NCBI GenBank assembly: GCA_030770535.1
Contig: JASVEC010000025.1
Location: 620,001 to 684,000, forward strand
DNA length: 64,000 nt
From: Batkoa obscura
Taxonomy: Eukaryota
Reading direction: 5' to 3'
In this document: positions 49,629 through 62,657 of the stretch, in pieces
Layout of the letters: the number at the start of each line of letters is the position of its first letter
Position numbering within the stretch: the stretch's first letter is position 1
Made by a program: the position numbers and the translations under genes
The notes under the pieces: generated by a model
What the model was told of the DNA's origin: nothing
Databases searched by the model: none
Seen by the model: the letters and a program-made list of their open reading frames with translations, nothing else

Positions 49629-52600
49629 ATGTTTATATTAATTAATAACAATACCGTATGGAAATGGCTAACATACGCTACCTTAGTAATATTAGCAATA
49701 AATATTGGTACAATAAACAGTTATAAAAATAGTATAGTTAAAAATAATAATGTAATCAATGGTAAAGGAAACAATGCTTTAAATTTGATCAATGTAAACA
49801 AGCTCTTAAGAAGACAAAATCAAAATAGTGAAAGCACTAGTAAGTCATCCGAGACTGAAACAGGTCCCATTTCATCAATCCAAAGCCAACCACAACAAAC
49901 TCAACCTGCTGAAACTTCAAACTCATTTTCATCGTCAAGTCAAAGTACAACTGCTCTGCCCCCAATTACTACAAAAAGTACAGAATCTACTTCAGAAAGT
50001 GTACCTAGCATTTCTACTACAGAAAGCACAACTACAGTATCTACTACAAGCAGTAATAGCTCATCTTCTGTATCTACTACCGTAAAGGAAACTTCATCCA
50101 TAGAGTCTACCAGTAGTAAAGAAACTTCATCAATTCAATCATCAACTAGTACTGAAGGTACTACTACTCAATCAACAACTCCATCAACAACTCCATCATC
50201 TACTGTAACGACTACTAATGCTGATAGCTCATCTACAGTAACCATTACCAGTAGCGATAATTCATCAAGTGTATCTACTAGCAATAATAATAGCTCATCT
50301 ACTGCTAACTCAAGTACAACTGAAACTACTCAAACTACAGGTACTACTCAGACTACTCAAACTACAGGTACTACTCAGACCACAAGTACAACTGAAACTA
50401 CTCAGACCACAGGTACAACCCAAACAACCCAAACCACAGGTACAACTGAAACTACCCAAACCACAGATACTACTCAGACTACTCAAACCACGGGTACTAC
50501 TCAGACTACAGGTACTACAGAAACTACCCAAACTACAGGTACTACTCAGACTACAGGTACTACAGAAACTACTCAGACCACAGGTACAACTGAAACTACC
50601 CAAACCACAGATACTACTCAGACTACAGGTACTACAGAAACTACTCAAACCACAGGTACTACTCAAACCACGGGTACTACTCAGACTACAGGTACAACTG
50701 AAACCACTCAAACTACAGGTACAACCCAAACTACCCAAACTACAGGTACAACTGAAACTACCCAAACCACAGATACTACTCAGACTACTCAAACCACGGG
50801 TACTACTCAGACTACAGGTATTACAGAAACTACCCAAACTACAGGTACAACCCAAACTACAGGTACTACAGAAACTACTCAAACCACAGGTACTACTCAA
50901 ACCACGGGTACTACTCAGACTACAGGTACTACAGAAACTACCCAAACTACAGGTACAACCCAAACTACAGGTACAACCCAAACTACAGGTACTACAGAAA
51001 CTACCCAAACTACAGGTACAACCCAAACTACAGGTACAACCCAAACTACAGGTACTACAGAAACTACTGAAACTACAGGTACAACCCAAACTACAGGTAC
51101 TACAGAAACTACTCAAACCACAGATACTACCCAAACTACAGGTACAACTGAAACTACCCAAACTACAGGTACTACTCAGACTACAGGTACAACTGAAACT
51201 ACCCAAACCACAGATACTACTCAGACTACTCAAACCACGGGTACTACTCAGACTACAGGTACTACAGAAACTACCCAAACTACAGGTACTACTCAGACTA
51301 CAGGTACTACAGAAACTACTCAGACCACAGGTACAACTGAAACTACCCAAACCACAGGTACAACTGAAACTACTCAAACTACAGGTACAACCCAAACTAC
51401 AGGTACAACTGAAACTACCCAAACCACGGGTACTACTCAGACTACTCAAACCACGGGTACTACTCAGACTACAGGTACTACAGAAACTACCCAAACTACA
51501 GGTACTACTCAGACTACAGGTACAACTGAAACTACTCAAACCACGGGTACTACCCAAACTACAGGTACAACTGAAACTACCCAAACTACAGGTACTACTC
51601 AGACTACAGGTACAACTGAAACAACTCAAACTACAGGTACAACTGAAACTACTCAAACCACGGGTACTACTCAGACTACAGGTACTACAGAAACTACCCA
51701 AACTACAGGTACAACCCAAACTACAGGTACTACAGAAACTACTCAAACCACAGATACTACCCAAACTACAGGTACAACTGAAACTACCCAAACTACAGGT
51801 ACTACTCAGACTACAGGTACAACTGAAACTACTCAAACCACGGGTACTACCCAAACTACAGGTACAACTGAAACTACCCAAACTACAGGTACTACTCAGA
51901 CTACAGGTACAACCCAAACTACAGGTACAACTGAAACAACTCAAACTACAGGTACAACTGAAACTACTCAAACCACAGGTACTACTCAAACCACGGGTAC
52001 TACTCAGACTACAGGTACTACAGAAACTACCCAAACCACAGGTACTACTCAGACTACAGGTACAACCCAAACTACAGGTACTACTGAAACTACTGAAACT
52101 ACCCAAACTACAGATACTACCCAAACTACAGGTACAACTGAAACTACCCAAACTACAGGTACTACTCAGACTACAGGTACAACTGAAACTACTCAAACCA
52201 CGGGTACTACCCAAACTACAGGTACAACTGAAACTACCCAAACTACAGGTACTACTCAAACTACAGGTACAACTGAAACTACTCAAACCACGGGTACTAC
52301 TCAGACTACAGGTACTACAGAAACTACCCAAACTACAGGTACAACCCAAACTACAGGTACTACAGAAACTACTCAAACCACAGATACTACCCAAACTACA
52401 GGTACAACTGAAACTACCCAAACTACAGGTACAACTGAAACAACTCAAACTACAGGTACAACTGAAACTACTCAAACCACAGGTACAACTGAAACTACTC
52501 AAACCACAGGTACAACTGAAACTACTCAAACCACGGGTACAACCCAAACTACAGGTACTACTGAAACCACAGGTACAACTGAAACTACCCAAACTACAGG

Positions 52601-54569
52601 TACTACTGAAACTACTCAAACCACAGGTACTACTCAGACTACAGGTACAACAGAAACTACCCAAACCACAGGTACAACCCAAACTACAGGTACAACTGAA
52701 ACTACTCAAACCACGGGTACTACTCAGACTACAGGTACTACAGAAACCACAGGTACAACTGAAACTACTCAAACTACAGGTACAACCCAAACCACAGGTA
52801 CAACTGAAACTACCCAAACTACAGGTACAACTGAAACTACCCAAACCACGGGTACTACTCAGACTACAGGTACAACTGAAACTACTCAGACCACAGGTAC
52901 TACCCAAACTACAGGTACTACAGAAACTACTCAAACCACGGGTACTACTCAGACTACAGGTACAACTGAAACTACCCAAACTACAGGTACCACTGGAACT
53001 ACTCAGACCACAGGTACTACCCAAACTACAGGTACTACTGAAACCACTCAAACCACAGGTACTACTCAGACTACAGGTACTACAGAAACTACCCAGACTA
53101 CAGGCACTACTCAGACTACAGGTACAACTGAAACTACTCAAACTACAGGTACAACTGAAACTACTCAAACTACAGGTACAACTGAAACTACTCAAACTAC
53201 AGGCACAACCCAAACCACAGGTACTACTGAAACTACCCAAACCACAGGTACAACTGAAACTACTCAAACCACGGGTACTACTCAGACTACAGGTACAACT
53301 GAAACTACTCAGACCACAGGTACAACTGAAACTACTCAAACCACGGGTACTACTCAGACTACAGGTACTACCCAAACTACAGGTACAACTGAAACTACTC
53401 AAACTACAGGTACAACTGAAACTACCCAAACCACAGGTACAACTGAAACTACTCAAACCACGGGTACTACTCAGACTACAGGTACTACTGAAACTACAGG
53501 TACTACTGAAACCACTCAAACCACAGGTACTACTCAGACTACAGGTACTACTGAAACTACCCAAACTACAGGCACTACTCAGACTACAGGTACAACTGAA
53601 AGTACTCAAACCACAGGTACTACTGAAACTACTCAGACTACAGGTACTACCCAAACTACAGGTACAACTGAAACAACTCAAACCACAGGTACAACTCAAA
53701 CCACAGGTACTACTGAAACTACCCGAACTACAGGTACAACCCAAACTACAGGTACTACTGAAACTACTCAAACCACAGGTACTACTCAGACTACTGCAAC
53801 TACGATTACTACAGGATCTACTGCTTCTACTAATACAATTGAAACTTCTACTGATGCCACATCAACTAGAGAAACGAGCACTGGATCTGCTTCTTCAGAT
53901 AAAACTACCAGTTTTATAACTTCAACGGCAACTGATTCCAGCTCAACCACTCAAATAAAAGCGCTTCCATCCGATGTTGCAGCCGCGGTTAGCTTTGAAA
54001 TACCAGCTGAAGAATATTATCCGTTTACCATTATTATACGTAACAGAAGCTATCTTTCATTTATTGATTCGGAGACTTCAGCTCCGAACATGAACTCAGT
54101 TAAAGCATTTAGTAGTGACCTTGTTGATGACTTTACCGATTTGCTGTCTCAGCCACGCAATCGATTTTTCGTGCATCGTATCCAGCCTAGAAAAGCTGCA
54201 GATTTAGTTGGTGACTCAGGGTTAGATATCGAGGTACTCTTACTTCCTTCTGATGACCCTAATGATCCTACCATGTATGATCTTAAAAAGCAGTTTGATA
54301 ATATTGTACAAAATGAACGCTATAGATTAGCTTCTACCAAAGTGTTAAAAGATCTTGATGTTGATCTGTTTATTAAAACCAATAATGGATATGGCAGACC
54401 AGAAGATTATGGTATCAATGGGAAATCTTCTAGTCCATACGCAGGAGTAGGAAGTGTTACGCCTACACCTCAAAAATACTTTACCATTGGTGGATCAGTT
54501 GCTGCTGCTTTTGTTTATGCATTGATCACTGTTGGGTTCATTCGCTACCGTAGATCTTTATCAACTTAA
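49629..54569 (+). CDS. Large Thr-rich membrane-anchored mucin (Msb2/Hkr1-like architecture)
   Basis: Hydrophobic N-terminus, dibasic RR site, Ser/Thr region, ~3.5 kb of TTx repeats, globular juxtamembrane domain, C-terminal TM and short tail RYRRSLST. Confidence 0.8.
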   Translation: MFILINNNTVWKWLTYATLVILAINIGTINSYKNSIVKNNNVINGKGNNALNLINVNKLLRRQNQNSESTSKSSETETGPISSIQSQPQQTQPAETSNSFSSSSQSTTALPPITTKSTESTSESVPSISTTESTTTVSTTSSNSSSSVSTTVKETSSIESTSSKETSSIQSSTSTEGTTTQSTTPSTTPSSTVTTTNADSSSTVTITSSDNSSSVSTSNNNSSSTANSSTTETTQTTGTTQTTQTTGTTQTTSTTETTQTTGTTQTTQTTGTTETTQTTDTTQTTQTTGTTQTTGTTETTQTTGTTQTTGTTETTQTTGTTETTQTTDTTQTTGTTETTQTTGTTQTTGTTQTTGTTETTQTTGTTQTTQTTGTTETTQTTDTTQTTQTTGTTQTTGITETTQTTGTTQTTGTTETTQTTGTTQTTGTTQTTGTTETTQTTGTTQTTGTTQTTGTTETTQTTGTTQTTGTTQTTGTTETTETTGTTQTTGTTETTQTTDTTQTTGTTETTQTTGTTQTTGTTETTQTTDTTQTTQTTGTTQTTGTTETTQTTGTTQTTGTTETTQTTGTTETTQTTGTTETTQTTGTTQTTGTTETTQTTGTTQTTQTTGTTQTTGTTETTQTTGTTQTTGTTETTQTTGTTQTTGTTETTQTTGTTQTTGTTETTQTTGTTETTQTTGTTQTTGTTETTQTTGTTQTTGTTETTQTTDTTQTTGTTETTQTTGTTQTTGTTETTQTTGTTQTTGTTETTQTTGTTQTTGTTQTTGTTETTQTTGTTETTQTTGTTQTTGTTQTTGTTETTQTTGTTQTTGTTQTTGTTETTETTQTTDTTQTTGTTETTQTTGTTQTTGTTETTQTTGTTQTTGTTETTQTTGTTQTTGTTETTQTTGTTQTTGTTETTQTTGTTQTTGTTETTQTTDTTQTTGTTETTQTTGTTETTQTTGTTETTQTTGTTETTQTTGTTETTQTTGTTQTTGTTETTGTTETTQTTGTTETTQTTGTTQTTGTTETTQTTGTTQTTGTTETTQTTGTTQTTGTTETTGTTETTQTTGTTQTTGTTETTQTTGTTETTQTTGTTQTTGTTETTQTTGTTQTTGTTETTQTTGTTQTTGTTETTQTTGTTGTTQTTGTTQTTGTTETTQTTGTTQTTGTTETTQTTGTTQTTGTTETTQTTGTTETTQTTGTTETTQTTGTTQTTGTTETTQTTGTTETTQTTGTTQTTGTTETTQTTGTTETTQTTGTTQTTGTTQTTGTTETTQTTGTTETTQTTGTTETTQTTGTTQTTGTTETTGTTETTQTTGTTQTTGTTETTQTTGTTQTTGTTESTQTTGTTETTQTTGTTQTTGTTETTQTTGTTQTTGTTETTRTTGTTQTTGTTETTQTTGTTQTTATTITTGSTASTNTIETSTDATSTRETSTGSASSDKTTSFITSTATDSSSTTQIKALPSDVAAAVSFEIPAEEYYPFTIIIRNRSYLSFIDSETSAPNMNSVKAFSSDLVDDFTDLLSQPRNRFFVHRIQPRKAADLVGDSGLDIEVLLLPSDDPNDPTMYDLKKQFDNIVQNERYRLASTKVLKDLDVDLFIKTNNGYGRPEDYGINGKSSSPYAGVGSVTPTPQKYFTIGGSVAAAFVYALITVGFIRYRRSLST
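50313..53795 (+). repeat. Coding minisatellite of 9-bp modules (TTG/TTQ/TTE/TTD)
   Basis: Continuous ACnACn(GGT/CAr/GAA/GAT) array. Confidence 0.95.
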
Positions 54570-55267
54570 TCAAATTTATTTGTTGGTTAAATAAATGAGT
54601 TTGATGTCTTAGTTAGATGTGAGCTCTACTTTATTTGATTAACATTATAAATATATATTCTGATATTAAAGATCATTACTTCTCAAAAAGTTATCAATTG
54701 GTTAGATGCTTTTATATTTTAGGTATTATGAAGGTTATATATTAATCATTATTAAATTTTATATTAAATTTTTCGTTTGTTATTTTGGTTTTTATTTATA
54801 ATGGTTATAGTGATACAAATCACTATAATAAGTATACATTATTTGTTTTTAAGTAGTTATAAATTGAAAGTATTCAGAACATAATGTTTTAAAGATATAC
54901 TATAATTTTGCAGCAAAGCGTATGCTAATGACTTTAGCATGCCAATTTTTACTTTTATTATCAAAACCAAATAATTTTAATAAAAGTGCACATTATAGAC
55001 TACAGAGTTGAACACATTAAAAGTAAATAAAATTTCATTTAAGCAATTTTTTACTAACAAAACAAAACTGATTTATCCACTTCAATGAAACCTGAACGCG
55101 TTAAAGGACACGCGATTCGAGGTAAAAATATACTACCTGTCTCTCTGTTTGATTGTTAAAACCAATATGCGAGTGTCTCTTTTGTTTCGGTATTGACTCA
55201 CAGTCATTTAAAGTGCATATTGAGTAAAAAATAAACAAGCAACTGAATTGAAAAGATGCTTTCATAT

Positions 55268-55366
55268 GGGGATGTATTTTTGTGTTTAAGAATTTTACTA
55301 GCAGTTTTTCCACTCAAATAGTGCTTAAAAGATGGAAAAAGTGATGAAGCCAAAAAAAACACCTCC
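55268..55366. mobile_element. MITE copy
   Basis: GGGGATG...CACCTCC; flanks ATAT/ATGT. Confidence 0.88.
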
Positions 55367-57087
55367 ATGTTGCTACTTTAGATAATGAATTTTTATCTTA
55401 TAAAATTTAATTTTGGTTTTGATTATTAGATTAGCACTATTAACTTGTGATTTGTAGTTTAAATATATCAATTTAAATAAAATTTTATTTCTATATTTTT
55501 AAATTAAAAATCTTTTAGTGACAGTAATATCAAATATACAGGAATCACATCTTATTTTACAAACTTTAAAAAGCTACAAAGTTAAAAGCAATAATAGAAC
55601 TATATACTTATAATATTTAAAATATGATAGTGATATTAGAAATCATTAGAATGAAACTAAAAATAAGTCAAGATATAAAATAACAATTTTATAATATAAA
55701 TATATAAAAGTAAATAATAATTTATTTCAACAACTTTTGAGATTTCTTCATTATAAATATATCTATTTCATATATATAATATTATTCTAAATACATTATA
55801 ACTTGAAATTATATTAATAATACATAAAACAAAAGTTTAACTTTTAATATCATATCCCTTATTAATTTTCATTTTAAATGTTAAAAACAAATAAAGTAAA
55901 AAAACCTTAAATTCGATTGTGTCTTATTATTATATTATATTAGCTATACAAGCCTCAGCGAAATTAATTGATTTTGATACTATTAATTTTTAATATATTT
56001 AAAATTTTTATTTATTTAATCTATATATAATGAACTTTTTAATATCGTATTTTAAAATCTATTAATAAATTCCAAATAAAGCAACTGTTTTAACGTTTAA
56101 AAAATGTCAAAGTTTTAGTTACAAATTTTTTAAAAATACAACTTTTCAAACAAATTTTTTACTTATTTTACCAAAAGGTTCTAGAAAAATAAGTACAATA
56201 TAAAATATCATACAATCAAATCCTATTTGTTACTTAAGATAACTAATAAAACTTCTAAAGGTTCTAATAGAAACTTTCATCTTCCTCAAAATTTGACTAC
56301 GCTAACCAATTTAATAAAATAACTTTATAGTACCTTAGTGATCATATTTATTTATATTAAAGTAGCCTTAGCTATTTTTTAAATATCATCATGTTATTAT
56401 CGAAACTTCAACAATTTTTTAGTACTCCAATAAAAACCGAGATATTTGATTAAATAAAACAATTGAGTTAAAAAACAATCTAAACATTTTCAAATACTCT
56501 TGAAGAGTTATGATTTCATGGCATTATAGAGTTGAAATGATGTAATACTCAAAGAATAAACCATTTTTTTATGCTATTTTTATTAATACTTACCTCCAGT
56601 TACGTTTTCAATTAGGCTAATTACTTAACTAAAATATCAAACGAATCCTTTAAATTTACATTGTTATTTTTTTAATAAACTTTTTGGAAAAAGTAAAATG
56701 ATTTAATGTCCAGTTCTAATTGGTTGCTAATATTAATTATTAATTAATATACCTCTTTCAGCTTGATAATAGTCATTAGTTTAATTTCATAGATATAACC
56801 AATTAACTTACTTAATGACTTGAGGTGACTGTTCTTTGGAATATGAAGTTATTTCTTCCAAATTTAGAATCGCTTTGATTAGTGGCTTTGTAAAAGTCCA
56901 AGCATTCAATGATTGGCTATGATTTAATCTATTAGGGTAGCTACTAAACCTAAAAATTATATATAAACAGGAAATAAATAAAAAGGTCAACAGTTTGAAT
57001 TTGATTATCTTTTACTTTTTTTATTGCTACTTTTGACCTTTTTATTTTAGAATTTTTTATTTAAGTTAACATAATAATTATACTATC

Positions 57088-58239
57088 ATGTCTTGTTTAA
57101 CCTTAAATAATACCTCTTTCGTTAAAGCTGATAAACTGAATGCTTCTCATAAACGTATGTCTTCACCCGCTTTATCCAACTATTTTGAGTCCCCTAATAA
57201 GGCGCTTGCCCCAGCAAAATGCTTATATTGTGATGCCAACAATAACTGTCTGATAACTCCTGGGAATACAGTATACAATAAAATTGGAGGACATATCAAT
57301 AATAAATTTGACTATGAGAACATCCACTGCTTAAAAAAATTTTTATGTAATGCTTCAGAGACATTTTTTGAAGATGTATTTGAAGCAGACTCAACTCACC
57401 TTGGTTCCGGAGCCAATGGTTTGGTATCTTGTTATACACCTAAAGATAAAGAGATCCCGAAGCAAGCCGTTAAAGAATTTACTCAGCTATCACCTAATGA
57501 ATTGGAATCAGATTACTTTAAACGCCATGCTAATGAAATTTATATTGGTGCTATGTTAGAACATGAAAATATCATCCATGCGCATCAATTTTTATATCAA
57601 GATAAAAGATTTTATTTAATTATGGAATACTGTCCATATGAATTTTTTGATATGGTATGTTCTGGTAAATTAAGTGAAGAAGAAATTGATGACTTTTTCT
57701 TTCAGTTGATAAATGGAGTTAAGTTTTTACATAAGAATAATGTAGTTCATCGTGATCTTAAATTAGAAAATTTAATGATTGATGCTAATGGTACCCTTAA
57801 AATTGTTGATTTTGGATTTGCGGCTATATTAAAAAATAAAGGTAAAGGTTTACTTTGTAGTGGCTTATGGGGCTCAGATCCATATATTGCACCTGAAATG
57901 TTTTCAACAAATCAATATGATGCAACCAAAACAGATATATGGTCAATTGCAATTATTTATTTAGCCTTAGTAACTGGAAGATTTGCTTGGGATGTAGCTA
58001 AGGAAGAGGACCATTATTATGCTAAATACTTAGTTGATTCCGATTCTATTGCGGAATTAATTCCAAATAAAAAAGCGGTGAATTTAATAATTTCAATGTT
58101 AAATCCAGATCCTAATAAAAGAGCTTCTATGGATGATATCTGGTCAGATCCTTGGTTTACTTCTATTATGGCTAAATATTATGAAAGAAGGTTAAAAAAT
58201 CAACACACTACTACAAGGTTGTTGCAATTGACCAGTTAA
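57088..58239 (+). CDS. Ser/Thr protein kinase, HAL/NPR-like family
   Basis: LGSGANG, AVKEF, MEYCPY, HRDLKLEN, DFG, GSDPYIAPE. Confidence 0.9.
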   Translation: MSCLTLNNTSFVKADKLNASHKRMSSPALSNYFESPNKALAPAKCLYCDANNNCLITPGNTVYNKIGGHINNKFDYENIHCLKKFLCNASETFFEDVFEADSTHLGSGANGLVSCYTPKDKEIPKQAVKEFTQLSPNELESDYFKRHANEIYIGAMLEHENIIHAHQFLYQDKRFYLIMEYCPYEFFDMVCSGKLSEEEIDDFFFQLINGVKFLHKNNVVHRDLKLENLMIDANGTLKIVDFGFAAILKNKGKGLLCSGLWGSDPYIAPEMFSTNQYDATKTDIWSIAIIYLALVTGRFAWDVAKEEDHYYAKYLVDSDSIAELIPNKKAVNLIISMLNPDPNKRASMDDIWSDPWFTSIMAKYYERRLKNQHTTTRLLQLTS

Positions 58240-58495
58240 ATGATTTAACTCCGACAAATTTATTAACAACGATTTATTATGCATTGTGTTCTTTATCTCT
58301 ATCTATTATGTATTCTATCATTTTATTTTTTTGTTTTATTAAAATAGTTTATATTTATTTTATTTATTTAATATCTTAATTTTCGTATATTTTTTATTGT
58401 TTTAATTTAATATTATCATTATATAATAAACCAAGGAGTAAGAAGGGGGGGGTATTAATATATGAGATAAAAATTCATTATCTAAAGTAGCACAT

Positions 58496-58593
58496 GGAGG
58501 TGTTTTTTTTGGTTTCATTACTTTTCCATTTTTTAAGCGCTATTTAAGTAGAAAAACTGCTAGTAAAATTCTTAAACAAAAAAATACATCTCC
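58496..58593. mobile_element. MITE copy
   Basis: GGAGGTG...CATCTCC with ACAT on both sides. Confidence 0.9.
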
Positions 58594-58683
58594 ACATGAT
58601 TTTAATATTTTTAGATTAGATAAACAAGATTCAAAAATCAAATGTGCAATCAATATATTTTTTGATGTAAATTGATTTATATA

Positions 58684-58818
58684 ACTAAATAATCCTAAAC
58701 GTAGAACTGGGAATTTTAATTTTGCATCTACCGATTACAAAAATAGAAATTATTATTATTACTAAATTCAATAAATACAAGATTAAAATAGCCAGTTCTA
58801 CGTTTAGGATTATTTAGT
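58684..58818. repeat. Foldback element with 27-bp perfect inverted repeats (possible second MITE family)
   Basis: ACTAAATAATCCTAAACGTAGAACTGG at 58684-58710 and its reverse complement at 58792-58818. Confidence 0.7.
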
Positions 58819-60265
58819 AGGAAAAAATAAATTAACAGTTTAATGCAATTAAGTTATAAGTAGATAAGGCTTATTATTTAACGAGATTTATTAAAAAAAT
58901 AGAAAAATATTTAAAGCAATTGAGAATTAGATGGGCGTAATCAAACTAGTTAGTTAATAAGTTTTAAAAACAAATATTAAATAGAGAATAAATATCTAAA
59001 CTTTTCCCACACTTAAAATAACATTTCATCTTTTTTTTTTTATATTTCTTTAAAACTCTAGAGTCCTTACAAGAAATATTTTCAAAACAAGAAAATGAGC
59101 TCATCTTTGCGTTTTATCTATCAGTTTTATTTTAATTTATTTTAAAATTATTATTCATGAGCTCATAATTTTTAAATTAAAAAAAGAATTAAACTTGATT
59201 TTAGAATTGAAGGGTCTTTTTTCAAAAATGGTCTGATTTGGTAATCAAATTTAACATTTGTTAAATGTTTTTATAGTTGTAACAATAAAATTATTAAAAA
59301 TAAATAAGGTTATTGTTTATAATCAACAAAGCTTATATACTACGAACAATAATTTTTTAGTTTAAAAATAATCTTTTCAAATTTGATATCAACTTCTTTA
59401 AAATTAGTAAAGTAAAGCATAAACTTATTTTATTGCTGAAAATTTTAATTCACCAACTTTACCTTAAATTTTTATAAAAGTATAAGTTTCACTTATTAAT
59501 AGTTTCATACTTATTCGAAAGTTATTTTAAATTGAATTAATTCTGACTATAATTATAAGGTGATCATTATTTACATAAGGATCAAGAAATCAAAGCTTCA
59601 TTTAGTATGGAGCTTTAGAAAATTAGATTCGAATGTTAACTAACTCATAAAATTCTAATAATAATTCTAATTTTTTATTAAATATTTTATTTACTATAAA
59701 CGAACATCAAGAATCTATATAACTGGTTGATTTTCATTATATCCTAATTATGAATACGTTGTTCGCTTTACATATCCAGTATGATAATGAATTTGACACT
59801 AATTGTATAATTTAATTTAATCTAATCTGTTCTCCCTGTTCTTTTTGGTGAGAGCTCAATTTTTATCTTTCTTTCGGAAACATAGACAAATCTTTAATTG
59901 TAAAGGAATTTTCACTAAGAAATTATCCGAGTTTTAAATAAAAAACTGACAAATAAATGAAACTAGAAAAGACATTTAACTTTTTCAAGTCATTAATAAA
60001 CATATATTTTTGAGCTGTTTAGAAAAAACATCGAATTTTATCTAAACTTTGATGATTCGCTGCTATTTATTCAACAGTAACTCAAGTAAACAAATCGTAA
60101 AATTTTAACTCAACAACCATTTGAAATCAAAGTTGAAACGCTTAATGAATATCCAAATAAAAAGATCCCTAGTTTAAACTTATTAAAAAATTAAAACTAA
60201 AACCCTTTTATTTTAATTAGTATTTTCATTCTTTTAAACCTCTAACTTTAAAATCTCATAATTAT

Positions 60266-60538
60266 ATGGAAACACCTGAAAAAAAACGAATAACTACTTA
60301 TATCGAAGACACCAATGTAATCAAATATGATAATTCTCAAGCTTTTCCTCCTTATCCAACTTTAGAAGATCCAGATAAATTACTAGCGGATGGTACTACT
60401 ATTATTGGCTTCCCAATCGGTTTAGTCATATTTTTGATTATTTTTTTTACTGGGTTTGGGTTTTGGGTAGCGGGAACAATAAGAAGACTTATCTATAGAA
60501 AATCGTATTTAGCTGCTAGGAAAGAAGCGAAAGCGTGA
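60266..60538 (+). CDS. Small single-pass membrane protein, unknown function
   Basis: 90-aa ATG ORF, coding-like composition, hydrophobic stretch followed by a basic tail; contains PPYP. Confidence 0.6.
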   Translation: METPEKKRITTYIEDTNVIKYDNSQAFPPYPTLEDPDKLLADGTTIIGFPIGLVIFLIIFFTGFGFWVAGTIRRLIYRKSYLAARKEAKA

Positions 60539-60870
60539 AGGAGGAGAGATGAGTGTATTTTTACTAATTTATTTATGGAGAAGGAGGGGAAGAGAAAGAG
60601 AAAGAGAAAGATGAAGAGAAAGAGAAAGATAAAGAGGAAGAGATATTAATTTTTTATCTTTTTTTATTATTATTGTCAAAAAAATTAATATTTTTATGTT
60701 TTATTAAACAAAATTTTATGATGAGTTTGTACTTTGAATAGTTTTTATTTTTTGATTGTTTTTTTAAGTTTGAATTTTGAAATTATTATAAAATAATGAG
60801 TCAAAAAACTTAGTAATAAAAACTTTGCTTACTTTTTTAATAAAAATAAAAATAAAAATAAAAATAAAAG

Positions 60871-62438
60871 ATGAGTTCCATACCGTACACCTCTTACACC
60901 AAAATAGATAAAACAAATGTATTACCATTTAGTCCCATGTTAAGTAGTTTAATACGAAAAGGCCAATATGTAGCTATTGATTTTGAGTTTACTGGGTTAG
61001 GAGAAATGGGGTATAATAAGTTAGAGAAAGATATTAATTTAAGATATAAAAAGATGCGAGAGAATGTACAACAATTTAGTTTATTAAGTATGGGATTATC
61101 CTTCTTTCATCAAAAAGAAAGTAATGAGAATTTGTTTTTAGCTAACTCGTTTGAACTCACTTTGTCTTGTCAAGTAAATTGATTCTATATTATTTTTAAT
61201 ACTTTTTTAAATGTTGATATATTTTTTATTCTAGACAACATATAAAATCAATCCGAGTTCCTTAGAATTTTTATTAGATAATGGATTTGATATTAATAAT
61301 CAAATAAAAAATGGGATCCCATATTTTCCAGGGGATAATGGAATTGATAAAGAATTGTTAAAGAAGATAGAACCAAATAATAAAAAAGTAAGTATATAAA
61401 TTCCATCATCTAAACAATAACAATTAACAAAATAAAAAGTTTAAAAGAGAAGAGCGTCCATTAAGTCAAACTGAAAAATACAATCGAATCTTAAGGACAA
61501 TGATCTATGAATTAATCACTAGTTCTTGTACATTAATATTACATAATGGTTTATTAGATTTAATGTATTTATATAATTCCTTTTTTGCAACATTACCATT
61601 AAATTTAGATACTTTTATTGCGGATGTAAGTAGTTGGCCAATTATTCAACAAAATGGCTTATTTGATACTAAATGTTTAGCTGAATTTCAATTTCGTGAA
61701 AAAGCAAGTTATTTATCATTTTTATTTAATAAAGCTTATAGAGAACAAACGGTACTAAAGAGAATGAAACAGATAGTGGAGGATGATAATAATGAATTAA
61801 AAAATATAAATTATTTTGAAGTAAATATTCAACCTGGCGTTAATTTAAATAATAAGATAGAGAATGATAAAAAAGAAGTTAAAATTAATTCAAAAGACTC
61901 AATAGATTATAATATAGATATTAAAATTGATAAAGAATATTGTATGCGATATATTTATCATGGTAATTGTCCCAATAAACCCAATAAACAATTAGATTTA
62001 GGCCAAGGACCAAATCAACAAAAATGTATGAAATCTCATCATTTATTAAATTATTTAAATCATTGTTTAAAATTACAACTTTATAATACAAAGACTAATT
62101 CAGATCCTAATATTCAAGTGTTTTTATTTGAACATTTTAAACATAATACCAATATTTATCAACAAAGTTTAAAAGTTGCTGAAGATATATTTATATCAAA
62201 TAAAGATCAGACCCTTTCGGATACGAAACATACTGCCCCTTATGATGCTTTTATGACCGCTTATACTTTTTTGCATTTTTTATTTTATCCTGATGTTAAA
62301 TTGAGATTAGATAATAATAAGGAATTTAAAAATAATATTTATTTAATGGGACGAAATTTACCGCTGAAGATTGTTAAGTCTAAGTTTACTCAATGTTCGA
62401 ATTCAGCTAATATCATATTAAATAATTTATCGAGTTGA
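60871..62438 (+). CDS. TOE1: CAF1/DEDD-family deadenylase with CCCH-like finger (TOE1-like), three exons
   Basis: VAIDFEFTGLG, FLLDNGFD, HNGLLDLMYLY, DTKCLAEF, HTAPYDAFMT; C-x7-C region; introns near 61174-61234 and ~61389-61450. Confidence 0.75.
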
Positions 62439-62657
62439 ATTAGTGATGATAATAGAAAGTATTGATTTATAGAGAATTGTAATTTAAATTTACAAAATAA
62501 AATAAAATAAAATTGGAATGATTTAAAAATCATGATTCAAATTTAAATAAAAACAATAAAAATTACCTAAATCAATTATAATAAAGCTTTAATTTATATT
62601 TTATTATTTTTAAAATTCTAATATAGTTTCCAGATTCTTTCATCTTCTTCACTTAAT

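Noticed and set aside
50313..53795. CRISPR-like array
   Set aside because: The context is eukaryotic, the repeat is a coding minisatellite with no unique spacers, and no cas genes are present.
50269..53919. 1216-aa (+) and 1153-aa (-) alternative ORFs over the mucin
   Set aside because: They are shadow frames of a stop-free 9-bp repeat and have no independent start or domain context.
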